Shown: positions 51,133-60,888 of the stretch, piece by piece
Numbering within the stretch: position 1 is the first letter of the stretch
Layout: each line of letters starts with the position of its first letter
NCBI GenBank assembly: GCA_965140415.1
Contig: OZ223209.1
Coordinates: 928,001 to 992,000 of the forward strand
Reading direction: 5' to 3'
From: Myxococcota bacterium
GTDB lineage: Bacteria; Myxococcota_A; SURF-8
DNA: 64,000 nucleotides
Position numbers and translations under genes: made by a program
Notes under the pieces: model-generated
Told to the model about the DNA's origin: nothing
Database searches by the model: none
Seen by the model: only the letters and a program-made list of their open reading frames with translations

Positions 51133-52053
51133 ATGAACGTGACATATATCGACGATGAATTGGACGAAGTCTTCTCGAAGTCTGTTGTGACTCTTGGAAA
51201 TTTCGATGGCGTACACCGGGGACACCAGAAATTGCTGGAATTGACCCGGCTGCAAGCCGAGCGTCTGGACGCGCATTCGGTGGTGATTACCTTCGATCCG
51301 CATCCGGTCGAATTGTTCAAGCCGGAGATCTTTCAGAAAATCCAGCTTTTACCGGAAAAACTGGCGAGCATCGAAAAGAGCGGAGTGGATAACTGCGTGG
51401 TAATGGCATTCAATCGCCGCCTGGCCAATTACAGCCCACGTGACTTTGTCGAACAGTTTCTGGTGCAGCGCTTCGGGCTGAAACATATTTTCATCGGTTA
51501 CGATACCACCTTCGGCAAGCAGCGCGCCGGAGACCCGGAAATGATGAAACGCCTGGGGCTGGAATTCGGTTTCGAGACGACCATCGTTCCCGCCGTGCTT
51601 CACGAGGAGCAACCGATCAGTTCCAGCCGTATTCGGCGCTCGGTATTGGTCGGAGATGTGGAAGAGGCCGGGGAATTGTTAGGTCATCCTTTCCAGATCG
51701 GCGGGGAAGTCGTTCGCGGATTCGGTTGCGGTGGAAGCCTGCTCGGTTTTCCCACCGCCAACCTGAACACCGGGCGACGATTGACACCTAAAAAGGGCGT
51801 GTATGCCGTGCGCGTGCGTTTGGGAGAGGAATGCTATTCCGGTGCATTATCGGTTGGCACCAACCCGACCTTCGGTCAGCAGGAATTGAGCGTCGAAGTG
51901 CATATTCTCGATTTCGACCGGGATATCTACGGCGAGCAGTTGACGTTGGAATTCGTACGTCGTATGCGCGACGAAAAGCGTTTCGACGGCGTCGAGGCGT
52001 TGAAAGCGCAGTTGCGCCGCGATATCGAGGCGACCCGCCATGTTCTGCTCTAA
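51133..52053 (+). CDS. ribF: Bifunctional riboflavin kinase/FAD synthetase
   Basis: GNFDGVHRGH, TFDPHP, ISSSRIR, GFPTAN, G.NPTF, EVHILDF. Confidence 0.96.
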   Translation: MNVTYIDDELDEVFSKSVVTLGNFDGVHRGHQKLLELTRLQAERLDAHSVVITFDPHPVELFKPEIFQKIQLLPEKLASIEKSGVDNCVVMAFNRRLANYSPRDFVEQFLVQRFGLKHIFIGYDTTFGKQRAGDPEMMKRLGLEFGFETTIVPAVLHEEQPISSSRIRRSVLVGDVEEAGELLGHPFQIGGEVVRGFGCGGSLLGFPTANLNTGRRLTPKKGVYAVRVRLGEECYSGALSVGTNPTFGQQELSVEVHILDFDRDIYGEQLTLEFVRRMRDEKRFDGVEALKAQLRRDIEATRHVLL

Positions 52054-52804
52054 ACGGGTGGCGGTGGTCGTTCCCTGCTATAACGTCCAGAGCACCATCG
52101 CGGATGTCGTTTCCGACATGCCTGCTTTTGTCGATTCCATTCTCGTCATCGACGATGCCAGCACGGATGAAACGCTGGCGCTATTGGAAGATCTTGATTT
52201 TCCCCGCGTAACGATAATTCGTCATCAAACCAACAAAGGGGTAGGCGCGTCGATAGCCAGCGGCTATCGTGAAGCGTTACGCCAGGGAGCGGCGGTAACG
52301 GCGGTTATGGCCGGTGACGGTCAGATGAATCCCGACGAGTTGGAATCGCTGATCGCTCCGGTTCTAAATGGCGAGGCGGACTACGCCAAAGGCAATCGCT
52401 TTTCCGGCGGTCAGGCCTTTCGCTGCATGCCGCTGTCGCGCTATGTGGGGAATGTAGCCCTTTCTGTACTCAATAAACCCGTTAGCGGTTACTGGTCTTT
52501 GTTCGACAGTCAGTGTGGGTATACTGCGATTTCTTCCGAGATGCTGCAACGTTTGGATCTGGACGCGATCTATCCGCGCTATGGCGTTCCAAACGATTTG
52601 CTGGCCAAACTGCATTGTTTGCAGGCGCGTGTCATCGAAGTGCCCGTAACACCGATTTATCCCCGCGCTCATTCGCAGATGAATCCTTTCCGTGTTCCTT
52701 TTTCCGTTGCTTATCTGTTGCTGCGCTTGTACGCCCGGCGCATGGGCGGGCGCTTGCAGCAATCGCCCCGGATCAAAGAAGATGTCGCCGATGCCTTGCG
52801 CTAA
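52040..52804 (+). CDS. Glycosyltransferase family 2
   Basis: VVPCYN, IDDASTD, NKGVG, GDGQ, DSQCGY. Confidence 0.9.
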   Translation: MFCSKRVAVVVPCYNVQSTIADVVSDMPAFVDSILVIDDASTDETLALLEDLDFPRVTIIRHQTNKGVGASIASGYREALRQGAAVTAVMAGDGQMNPDELESLIAPVLNGEADYAKGNRFSGGQAFRCMPLSRYVGNVALSVLNKPVSGYWSLFDSQCGYTAISSEMLQRLDLDAIYPRYGVPNDLLAKLHCLQARVIEVPVTPIYPRAHSQMNPFRVPFSVAYLLLRLYARRMGGRLQQSPRIKEDVADALR

Positions 52805-53978
52805 CACACTGGTTTTAACCAGTTCGTTTCCGCGTTATGCGGGGGATTATGCCGGATGTTTCGTAGCCGAGCACGCTGCGCTGTATCGGAATCTGGGCGA
52901 GGTGCAGATTTTAGCGCCGGCGGATGCCCTGGTGGACCCCGGTTTCCAACCGCTGGAGTTACAGGTCACCCGATTTGCGCCACGCTATGAAGATCGCCCC
53001 GGACCCTTTTACGGTGCAGGTGGCCCCGAGAATATGAAGCAATTGGAACGGTTGCTGGAAGCGCCTTATGCCGCGCTGGCGATGCTGGCCAAGGCACACG
53101 AACTCGCGCCGAACGCCGGGCGCATCGTGTCGCATTGGATCGCCCCGGCTGGTGTCGTTGGCGCGACGCTGCGTCGCCCGGATCGACCTCACCAGCTTAT
53201 CGTTCACGGCGGCGCGTTTCACCTGCTCAAGCGTACCCGTTCAGGGCGCGCCCTTATTCGTTGGGTGTTAGAGCGAACGGATGACATTGTGGTTGTGGCC
53301 AGTTGCCTGAAACGGGAGTTGCTGGACGTTCTGGGGGTGGCGCAGAGACCTTACTGGGAGCCACGCATCCGCGTGTTGCCGATGGGACTGGAAGTCAGCC
53401 GCTTCGAGCGTCCCATGATGCCGAGCGCGGCGCAATCCGAATGCCGTCCGACGGTCTCCGTTGTGGGACGGCTGGTGCCGATCAAGGGAATGGATCGGCT
53501 GGTGCGAGCCCTGGAAGGAAGCGAGGCCAGACTACAGGTTGTGGGAGACGGTCCAGAGAGCCGCCGCTTGCAACGGATGTGTATACGAGCGGGTCTGGAT
53601 GCAACGTTTCACGGTATGCTGAACCAGTCGCATCTGGTGGATCTGTATCACCGGACGGACATTCTGGCGCTGCCGTCGCGCAATCTGTCGCAACGGCATG
53701 AAGGCGTGCCGCGTGTCTTGATGGAAGGCATGGCCGCCGGGGTGGCCGTTGCTGCCACGGATACGGGCGGCATTGGCGATCTGGTGCAACACGAGCGAAA
53801 CGGTCTGTTGGATTCGGGGAATATCGAGCAATTGCGTGAAAACCTGCAACGCCTGATCGGACAGCCGGAATTCCGGCGTAGTCTGGGCGAACGGGCGCAT
53901 CGCGACATCCGCAGGCTGGACTGGAACCGTCAGCAGCCATTATGGTTATCACCTTTTGAGGGTGCCCAGGCGGTGTAG
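52782..53978 (+). CDS. Glycosyltransferase family 4
   Basis: LTSSFPR, SHW..P.G, VGRLVPIKG, GDGPE, EGVPRVLMEGMA. Start at 52782 or 52791. Confidence 0.88.
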   Translation: MSPMPCANTLVLTSSFPRYAGDYAGCFVAEHAALYRNLGEVQILAPADALVDPGFQPLELQVTRFAPRYEDRPGPFYGAGGPENMKQLERLLEAPYAALAMLAKAHELAPNAGRIVSHWIAPAGVVGATLRRPDRPHQLIVHGGAFHLLKRTRSGRALIRWVLERTDDIVVVASCLKRELLDVLGVAQRPYWEPRIRVLPMGLEVSRFERPMMPSAAQSECRPTVSVVGRLVPIKGMDRLVRALEGSEARLQVVGDGPESRRLQRMCIRAGLDATFHGMLNQSHLVDLYHRTDILALPSRNLSQRHEGVPRVLMEGMAAGVAVAATDTGGIGDLVQHERNGLLDSGNIEQLRENLQRLIGQPEFRRSLGERAHRDIRRLDWNRQQPLWLSPFEGAQAV

Positions 53979-54019
53979 CCGGTCTTGAAAAGAATCTATC
54001 CGATAGGGAGACGAGTACG

Positions 54020-54778
54020 ATGAAAGATGCCTACCTGGCCCACTTTTTCCGCTATTTGTGGGATGAGAAGAACCTGCTGGTCATTCGCGGGGATGGCAGC
54101 CTTTTAATGGATGGTCGTGCAGCTTATAATCTGCGCTATGGCATCGCGCCGGACAAGCCGGAACAAGAACGTGAATTGGGGCGCTTGATGACGGCCTGCG
54201 GGCTGGCTGCCGTTTCTTTATCCGAACGGGAAAGTTGGGGCTGGTCGGTTACGCATCGGCAAATCACGAGCGGCTACTTTTGCGGTGTGGAGCCGGAAGG
54301 CATGGTCTGCGGCAGCTTGCGTGAAAGCGCCGCATCCGCACAGGGGGTCGTCGTTCAACGACAGAAACCGGAAGAGGAGTTGACCCAGAGCCATTTCATT
54401 CCGGAACATGAGGATGTCATAGAGAGTGTGACGCAATACTTTGCGGTGTCCGAGCAGGTCGCTTCGCGCCTTGTGATAGTGGAGCAGGGAGAAAGCATCC
54501 TGCTGCGTGCGCTTCCGGGAGGCCAGCTGGAAGAATTCGCCGCCTTATCCGACGAGCAGATCAGCGAGCTGGTGAAACAGCAGATTTTACAGGAGCAACT
54601 CAAGCAATTGGATGAAGTGCTGCTGTTCTATGCCTGTCGTTGCGATGAAGACATGATTCTAAATATGATTCTCAACCTGCCTCAAGCGCAGCGGGAGGAA
54701 TTGTGGGGTGATGAGACAAGCCTGCACGTAGATTGTCCCCGTTGCGGTCGCGGTTATACGTTGAATCGTCAGGGATAA
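54020..54778 (+). CDS. Hsp33 (HslO)-family chaperone-like protein, divergent
   Basis: YF..SEQ motif and C-terminal CRC...CPRC..Y zinc switch. Confidence 0.7.
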   Translation: MKDAYLAHFFRYLWDEKNLLVIRGDGSLLMDGRAAYNLRYGIAPDKPEQERELGRLMTACGLAAVSLSERESWGWSVTHRQITSGYFCGVEPEGMVCGSLRESAASAQGVVVQRQKPEEELTQSHFIPEHEDVIESVTQYFAVSEQVASRLVIVEQGESILLRALPGGQLEEFAALSDEQISELVKQQILQEQLKQLDEVLLFYACRCDEDMILNMILNLPQAQREELWGDETSLHVDCPRCGRGYTLNRQG

Positions 54779-54781
54779 GGA

Positions 54782-55444
54782 TTAGTCGTTTTCTAAAAAG
54801 AAAGAGTTGATGTAGTTCAAGAAGACGTCTTTATCGTGGCCGAAGAAACGCACGATTCGCAGGCCGAAACCCGCTTCGGTGTTTTTCTTTTTCGCATCTT
54901 CCTCCGAAACGCGGTACATGATTTCTCCCGTCAGGTAAACCATCTTATTCACGTCCGCCAATTCGACTTTGATTTCCACATGCGAGCCGATTTCCACATC
55001 GAGAGTGGAGGCGATGAACATGCCGGTGCGGCTGATGTTCAGCGTATATTTTTCAACTAGTTCGCGTGGATGGTTGAAGGTGACTTTAAATACCTTGGCG
55101 ATGCGTGGCTCGCCGCGCATTTCGGCCAGTTCGTCGCTGACCTGATTGAAGAATTCCGTGTATTCTTCGGGGGCGTTGATCAGCTTGATTCCCATGTCGG
55201 ATTTGATGTTGCTTTGAATCGCTCGCCGCGACACCCAGGCGACTTCGCCTTTCATGCGCAAGGGTTTTCCATCCGCTTCGAGAATAATGTTCAATATGGT
55301 TTTGGCGCGGTAGAGCTTGGGCGAGGTAATTCCCAGTCCACCAATGGAAACGTCTTTAATGGCACCTTCATAATATTTATTCGCCTCCGTGCCGAAAAAC
55401 ACACGAAGTCGTTTGGAAACCCGCTTTTCATGTCGTCCGCCCAC
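54782..55444 (-). CDS. Tandem double-PilZ domain protein
   Basis: RHEKR/DVSIGG and RGEPR/NISRTG. GTG start with GGAG RBS. Confidence 0.85.
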   Translation of the reverse strand: MGGRHEKRVSKRLRVFFGTEANKYYEGAIKDVSIGGLGITSPKLYRAKTILNIILEADGKPLRMKGEVAWVSRRAIQSNIKSDMGIKLINAPEEYTEFFNQVSDELAEMRGEPRIAKVFKVTFNHPRELVEKYTLNISRTGMFIASTLDVEIGSHVEIKVELADVNKMVYLTGEIMYRVSEEDAKKKNTEAGFGLRIVRFFGHDKDVFLNYINSFFLEND

Positions 55445-55622
55445 ACCAAACTCCTTAACAAAAAGCCGCTAAAAACGGCCTTGTGTTGTGCGTACCGCTT
55501 TTACTGATGGAATCTTCCAAAAACGGTGTCTTTTCATTATATCCAAAAGAGGAGGTGAAATCAAGATTCTTCAAAGAATATCAAACAGATTAGAGACGAA
55601 CACCTGAAGGTGAGAGGAGGGT

Positions 55623-55660
55623 GGCCCGTCCCCGCTGCTTTGCCTCAGCGGGGACGGGTC
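55623..55660. terminator. Long GC-rich hairpin after the steroid-reductase-like gene
   Basis: GGCCCGTCCCCGCTG-N8-CAGCGGGGACGGGTC. No U-tract. Confidence 0.45.
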
Positions 55661-55678
55661 GATGCACCGCCACGTGCA

Positions 55679-56434
55679 TTACAAGACGCCGGGTATCAAG
55701 GCTTTGCGTTGACGAGGATAGTCCAAGAAAGCCTGCTGATACCAGCGATGGTGGGCAAGGGCTCGGGGAACCAGGTTGGCGGCAGTCCACACGGCGAAAA
55801 GCAAACCCGGCAAAGACCAGGTCAGAATCGCCCAACCGATCCACTCCATCAGTTCTCCGAGATAATTCGGGCAGGAAATCCAACGAAAGAGTCCTGCCTG
55901 AGGTATTTTGTATTCCTTCTCTCCCGGCTTGCGCAGGTGCAACAGGATATGATCGCTTGAGATGTTGATCACGAATCCACATGCAAACAGCACGGTGCCG
56001 GCGATGAAACGCAGATCGAAGAGCCAGGAAACACTTAATTCCGGTCCCAGCGTAAACAGGTAGCGCCCCTGCGTGTAACCGTTGACGAGATTGAAGAACA
56101 CTCCCATTGCAACGATCGAAAGCGGCATGGGAGCGCTTGTGCGCAGCCTGAACGGATAGATCAGGGAGCGTTGCAGATAGTGCAACAGCCAGATCAGCAG
56201 AAAGCCCATTGCCACCAGATTGTCCGTTCGGTTGCCGATTAAAAAGAACAACAGCATCGAAAAGGCGGCGGGGGTTTCCATAAGCAGCCAGCCCAGGCGA
56301 TTGTTCACCATTGGCCCCCAGCCTTCACGCGCGTGACGTCCATAGGGCGCGTCGATGAACAGCAGGGAAATGAACGTGATTGCCGCAACGGCAGCCCAGC
56401 CTGCAAGCAGGTATGAAAAGAGTTCCTGTTCCAT
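55679..56434 (-). CDS. 3-oxo-5-alpha-steroid 4-dehydrogenase (steroid 5-alpha-reductase-like) membrane protein
   Basis: APYGRH, W.LME.P, HY.QR..IYP, SD..L..LR, CPNYLGE..EW, NL.PRA..HH.WY. Confidence 0.9.
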   Translation of the reverse strand: MEQELFSYLLAGWAAVAAITFISLLFIDAPYGRHAREGWGPMVNNRLGWLLMETPAAFSMLLFFLIGNRTDNLVAMGFLLIWLLHYLQRSLIYPFRLRTSAPMPLSIVAMGVFFNLVNGYTQGRYLFTLGPELSVSWLFDLRFIAGTVLFACGFVINISSDHILLHLRKPGEKEYKIPQAGLFRWISCPNYLGELMEWIGWAILTWSLPGLLFAVWTAANLVPRALAHHRWYQQAFLDYPRQRKALIPGVL

Positions 56435-56446
56435 CGTTTTTCGTGT

Positions 56447-57235
56447 TTAACGACCCCACTTCAGTTTTCGGACGGAAAATTCGGATTCCTTCAAACCTTG
56501 ATTGGCTTTGAATTCCTGGAGTTCCAGGATGGTTTTGTGTCCGGTCAATTCGTCGGTCATGGTCACCACACTGAAGCGGTCGAAACCACAATCCCAGTGC
56601 TTCATCTTGTCGTTGAACAGGGTCTTGTAATGTTTGCCGTCGCTGTTGTAATACTCGGCTTTTCGTTGATTGAAGTTTTCTTTCAAAATGGTGAAGAGCA
56701 GGTAGTTATACACAGCCTTTTTGTCCGGCTTGGGTGTGCAGCGGATGACCCACTCGGTTTCGTTTTCCGATTCCAGCGTCGGAACGCACATTTCAGTCCA
56801 GCTTCCACCGGCAATATCGTCGTTACTGAAGTCGGAGCCAGCAAAGGTCTGGTTCATGCCGTGGGCGGCTACTCGGCGCACTTTCTTGAAGCCGGGCAGG
56901 TAGACATACACGTTGTTGCGGTCTTCGGTCAGCATGGCCATGCCCTTCATTTCACCGGTCTGGAAGCGAATAAGGCGTTTTTCGCTGCCGATCTGGCGAA
57001 TGTTGAAGGTGTAGCTCTTTTCGGTTCCGTCTACGTCCACCACGGTCATGATGTTGGTCATTTCCTGGTCTTTGTAACCATTGATGGTTTTATCCATTTC
57101 AGCCAGGATCTGTTCCGGGGTTGCCTTAGCGGTATCGACCGTCGATTTCGCCTGGGCGTTGGTCGGGCTTGCCGCGAACCATGCAAACAGGCAACCAAGG
57201 AGTAACAGTGTTGAGATAGAGCGGGTAACGGACAT
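56447..57235 (-). CDS. LolA-like outer-membrane lipoprotein-sorting family protein
   Basis: Signal peptide, YLP..KKVRR, F.GSDFS..D. GGAG RBS before ATG 57235. Confidence 0.8.
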   Translation of the reverse strand: MSVTRSISTLLLLGCLFAWFAASPTNAQAKSTVDTAKATPEQILAEMDKTINGYKDQEMTNIMTVVDVDGTEKSYTFNIRQIGSEKRLIRFQTGEMKGMAMLTEDRNNVYVYLPGFKKVRRVAAHGMNQTFAGSDFSNDDIAGGSWTEMCVPTLESENETEWVIRCTPKPDKKAVYNYLLFTILKENFNQRKAEYYNSDGKHYKTLFNDKMKHWDCGFDRFSVVTMTDELTGHKTILELQEFKANQGLKESEFSVRKLKWGR

Positions 57236-57357
57236 AAATATCTCCATGTGTTTTGGACATCCCTTTTCAGACAACTACTGGTCACTGGATTTCGAATGGT
57301 CTGTACCGGTCATTACTGCGGAATGGGGATGCCTTTGGATTGACAAAGATACAAAAC

Positions 57358-57397
57358 AGAATGACATGCCAGTCTAGTAATACTGACATGTCATTCT
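57358..57397. promoter_or_regulatory. 16-bp inverted repeat (tandem TetR-like operators) between divergent genes
   Basis: AGAATGACATGCCAGT-ctagtaat-ACTGACATGTCATTCT (15/16 symmetric). Confidence 0.6.
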
Positions 57398-57547
57398 AGT
57401 TTTTAAGATCCAACTGTCAAGCTCTTTTTTTTTATGGTTGTTGGAGCAGTGAACAATGCTGGTGTACATAAAAGAATTTACAAATTCTTAATGTCGCCGT
57501 ATATTTTTTGCAGTGCTGAACTAAACTCTTGGTAATGCGAGGTAATA

Positions 57548-58807
57548 ATGCAAAAAGCACGCTTGATGGTTTTCGGGCTTCTGATTCTGGTTTTATGTTG
57601 GGCTTGTACCGAAAGCGATGATGATCCCATCACGGATGGCGATGAACTGACCGGTGATAGCGATCAAACGATCGATGGCGATAGCGATGCGGAATTGGAA
57701 ACGGATGGAGACGTTGAGGCGGAGTTCCTTTTAGCCGAAGAACTCGGTCCCTATAATATCGGTGGATTCCGCTATACGTTCACGGAGCCGGCACGGGATC
57801 GCACGCTGCCGGGTACGGTTTGGTATCCTACGGAAGTCGAAGGTGAGGAGCAGTTGCGTTATCAAGGCGCGTTGCCCTTTGGAAACTGTCAGAAAGAAGT
57901 GGATCCTGCACCGGGCGGTCCCTTCCCATTGATTATTTTCTCTCATGGCCATCAGGCTTTCGATGCGCAATCCTATTTCTTGACCGAGCATCTGGCATCC
58001 CACGGCTACATCATTGCCGCCTGCGATCATGTGGAAGACACTACGGCAACCTCCGAAGATCAATACCTGGCAAAGAGCGCCATGGATCGTCCGAAGGATG
58101 TTTCGTTGCTGATCGATACCTTATTGGAATGGAACGAAACGCCTGGCCATATGCTGGAAGGCAAAATCAACCCGGAGCAGATCGGCGTGGCCGGTCATAG
58201 CTTTGGGGCTTATACCAGCATCGCGGTATTGGGACCACCTGTGAACATCCAGGACTTCGTGGATCGCTGCACTGAAATCGGCGAGGAAAACTGGAAACTG
58301 GATATGCGTTTCTGCAAGGAAATGCGCGATGCGGACATGTCTTATGTGGAGCATTGTACACCTTGCGTGCAGCACGATACGCGAATCAAGGCTTCGGTGC
58401 CGATGACTCCGGCGGCGTTGCAGGTTTTCGTTCCCGGCAGTTTTGCCGATATCGATGTGCCGGTTTTGGCGATGGCTGGTGAACGCGACACAACCGCCAC
58501 GCCGAACGAGGAAGTCAAGCCCTTTTTCGAGCAGGCTACTCATCCGGAAACCATGTATTGGGAACTGGCCAATGCAGGGCACTTCGCTTTTTCCAATATG
58601 TGCGACATTCTGGGGTCGAGCGAATTCGGCCTGGAATATGGATGTGGAGAAGGCTATATCGATTCGGAGCGTGCCTGGAACCTGATCAACACTGCCACCT
58701 TGGCATTTTTCAACATTCACTTACGCAACGACGAGCGGTATCGAAAATATTTCGAACAGGATTATTTGGATACGGCACCTGAAATTACGTTGCTGAAAAA
58801 ACAGTAA
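57548..58807 (+). CDS. Lipoprotein alpha/beta hydrolase (PAF-acetylhydrolase or dienelactone-hydrolase-like)
   Basis: Lipoprotein signal (CWAC), DGD linker, PLIIFSHG, GHSFG nucleophile, G..D, AGHF. Confidence 0.88.
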   Translation: MQKARLMVFGLLILVLCWACTESDDDPITDGDELTGDSDQTIDGDSDAELETDGDVEAEFLLAEELGPYNIGGFRYTFTEPARDRTLPGTVWYPTEVEGEEQLRYQGALPFGNCQKEVDPAPGGPFPLIIFSHGHQAFDAQSYFLTEHLASHGYIIAACDHVEDTTATSEDQYLAKSAMDRPKDVSLLIDTLLEWNETPGHMLEGKINPEQIGVAGHSFGAYTSIAVLGPPVNIQDFVDRCTEIGEENWKLDMRFCKEMRDADMSYVEHCTPCVQHDTRIKASVPMTPAALQVFVPGSFADIDVPVLAMAGERDTTATPNEEVKPFFEQATHPETMYWELANAGHFAFSNMCDILGSSEFGLEYGCGEGYIDSERAWNLINTATLAFFNIHLRNDERYRKYFEQDYLDTAPEITLLKKQ

Positions 58808-59157
58808 GATCGTTGTTCCAAGACGGGGGACAGAGCGTCGCCCGTCGGAAGATTGTGGCTGGAACGAGTTGATCGTTCACTAGTGGGGATAGTGTCTTCT
58901 TGTCCTAAGTCTTTATTGTTGCAATACATATGGGAATAATCGGATATGCTATGGCGGATTATACGCCGTGGTTGATCGCTGTTCCCGAAATAATCTTTCG
59001 GTCCTTTGCCGATCCCCGGCAAGGGTCAAACAGGCACGCTTGCAGGCCGGGAAAAAGAGCTAATTACATGATGGTTATGATTATAATAGGACGTACTGTG
59101 TCCCACGAGTAGTGCGCAATGTTATTCGTTAGGTGATAGTAGGCAGCGGAGGATAAC

Positions 59158-59544
59158 ATGCCACGCCGAAAAGCGAATGGGAGAGAGTACATCGAGTTCG
59201 GAAAGCGGGTTCGATCGTTGCGCAAGGCTTTGGGTTGGTCCCAGGTGGACATGGCCGAGCATGCCAGTTTGAGCCCAAGCTATCTGGCGGAATTGGAACG
59301 AGGTGGACGAAATCCATCCTTGGAAACGATTCTGAACTTGGCGGCAGCCTTGAATGTCAATTCGGGCTATCTGGTCGATGGCTTGCGCTACGACCCACCG
59401 GCGGGTTTGGAAACCGTTGCGGAAACATGGCCATCGATGAGCGATGACAAGCGCGCGCTGGTGCTTCAGCTTGTTTCCGTGCTGGTTTCGGATTCATCCA
59501 CCTTCGGGAATATCCCCAGAAATCGTCCCAAGACATCTGCGTAG
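59158..59544 (+). CDS. XRE-family HTH transcriptional regulator
   Basis: FGKRVRSLR..GWSQ..A...YLA.LERG.RNPSLET. GGAGG RBS. Confidence 0.9.
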   Translation: MPRRKANGREYIEFGKRVRSLRKALGWSQVDMAEHASLSPSYLAELERGGRNPSLETILNLAAALNVNSGYLVDGLRYDPPAGLETVAETWPSMSDDKRALVLQLVSVLVSDSSTFGNIPRNRPKTSA

Positions 59545-59998
59545 GCGTTTTCAAGTTCGGCTTGTAACCAGGCGCTTTGTGCGGCGGAGCAACGAACGAA
59601 GGTGATTCGTTCGTTCTGCTTCATTTTGGGAGTCCAGTTTTCTGCCACCCACCACTTGCCTTCGATCTTCATGAAAGGGAACGTCTGCATTTGGCACCTC
59701 ATTGCAGTTGCTGCATGGTGTTCACGCGAAATTCCGTCATTGCCGCTACAGACTTACAATCCGGCTGACAAGCTTATTCTACAATGATTCCAAAAATTAA
59801 TAAACGACAATCAACGTCGTTATTATAAAATCTCTATAATCTTTTTTAATTACAATTGGAACTGTTACTTTTGGGGGGAGACTTGGGACAGAAGCAAGTC
59901 AAAGTTGGCAAAATGCAAACTCGCCGTTTTCACGATGTTTTTCGGATGGCTTACGTCTCGCCGCTGCCAAAAGACATCACTGATAATGAATCATAACT

Positions 59999-60568
59999 TT
60001 ATTCTTCGGTGGGATCAGGAGTTTGCTTTTCGATACGTTCTTGCAGTTCACTTAGAATCCGCAGGGTTTCATGATGCAGAATTCGCGAAAATTTTCCGTT
60101 TAATCCTTCCAATTCGATGCGGATGCCTTCTTCCAATGCTGCAAGATCATTGGTATTTAAATAGGCTACCAGGCATTGCCGGAAGTCCTCGATTAGCGCC
60201 TGTACCGCCCGTTCGGTTGCATTGTTAAGGGGTTGAGAAGCTTGTGGTTGCACGAACTGAGTGCCCTGTTTTTGCTTCCGCTCGATTAGAAGGCGGCTTT
60301 CACTTTTAAGCATTTGGATAAAGCGCTCGTTGGCGCGTTGCATATCGACCTGGATGGACATTTGCCAGGCATGCGCATCACCCAGGTGTTCTTGCAGATG
60401 GGTTTGGATATCGTTGCGATAGTCGGCGAGCAGGGTCTGAATATCGGCTTCGATCGTACCCGGTGCCGGTTGCTGCATCGTGGTGGTATCTTCCGCTTTT
60501 TGGGAGGATTGGGTGGTGGCACAGGACAACAGCGCCAACGTCAGCACGAGCAGCAATAAGAATCTCAT
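59999..60568 (-). CDS. Helical lipoprotein with internal duplication
   Basis: ATG 60568, lipobox LLSC, two similar ~55-aa helical segments. Confidence 0.7.
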   Translation of the reverse strand: MRFLLLLVLTLALLSCATTQSSQKAEDTTTMQQPAPGTIEADIQTLLADYRNDIQTHLQEHLGDAHAWQMSIQVDMQRANERFIQMLKSESRLLIERKQKQGTQFVQPQASQPLNNATERAVQALIEDFRQCLVAYLNTNDLAALEEGIRIELEGLNGKFSRILHHETLRILSELQERIEKQTPDPTEE

Positions 60569-60888
60569 GTACACTTCCAATCCCGGTATTTTCCGTAACA
60601 GATTGACGATCAAGCGGTTCCGATGCTGCGGACTATAGCGCATCGAAGGCTGCGAGTAAATAGAAAGTGACGGATCTCGGGGGCATTCGCAGAAGGATAG
60701 GAGCTTTGCGCCAACGGAATGAGTTCCTAGCGCTGTCGCTTTCATGCTGCGAAAAGATGCTTCGAATCCGTTGTACTTTGCTGTCAATTGCCTTATAATC
60801 GCGAACCTTTGGCGGCAGACTAGCGCCGCTTGACTTTCCGACCCGAACCGCAATCGGGATGCGGGGAACGAAAGAAAGAGGATGATCG

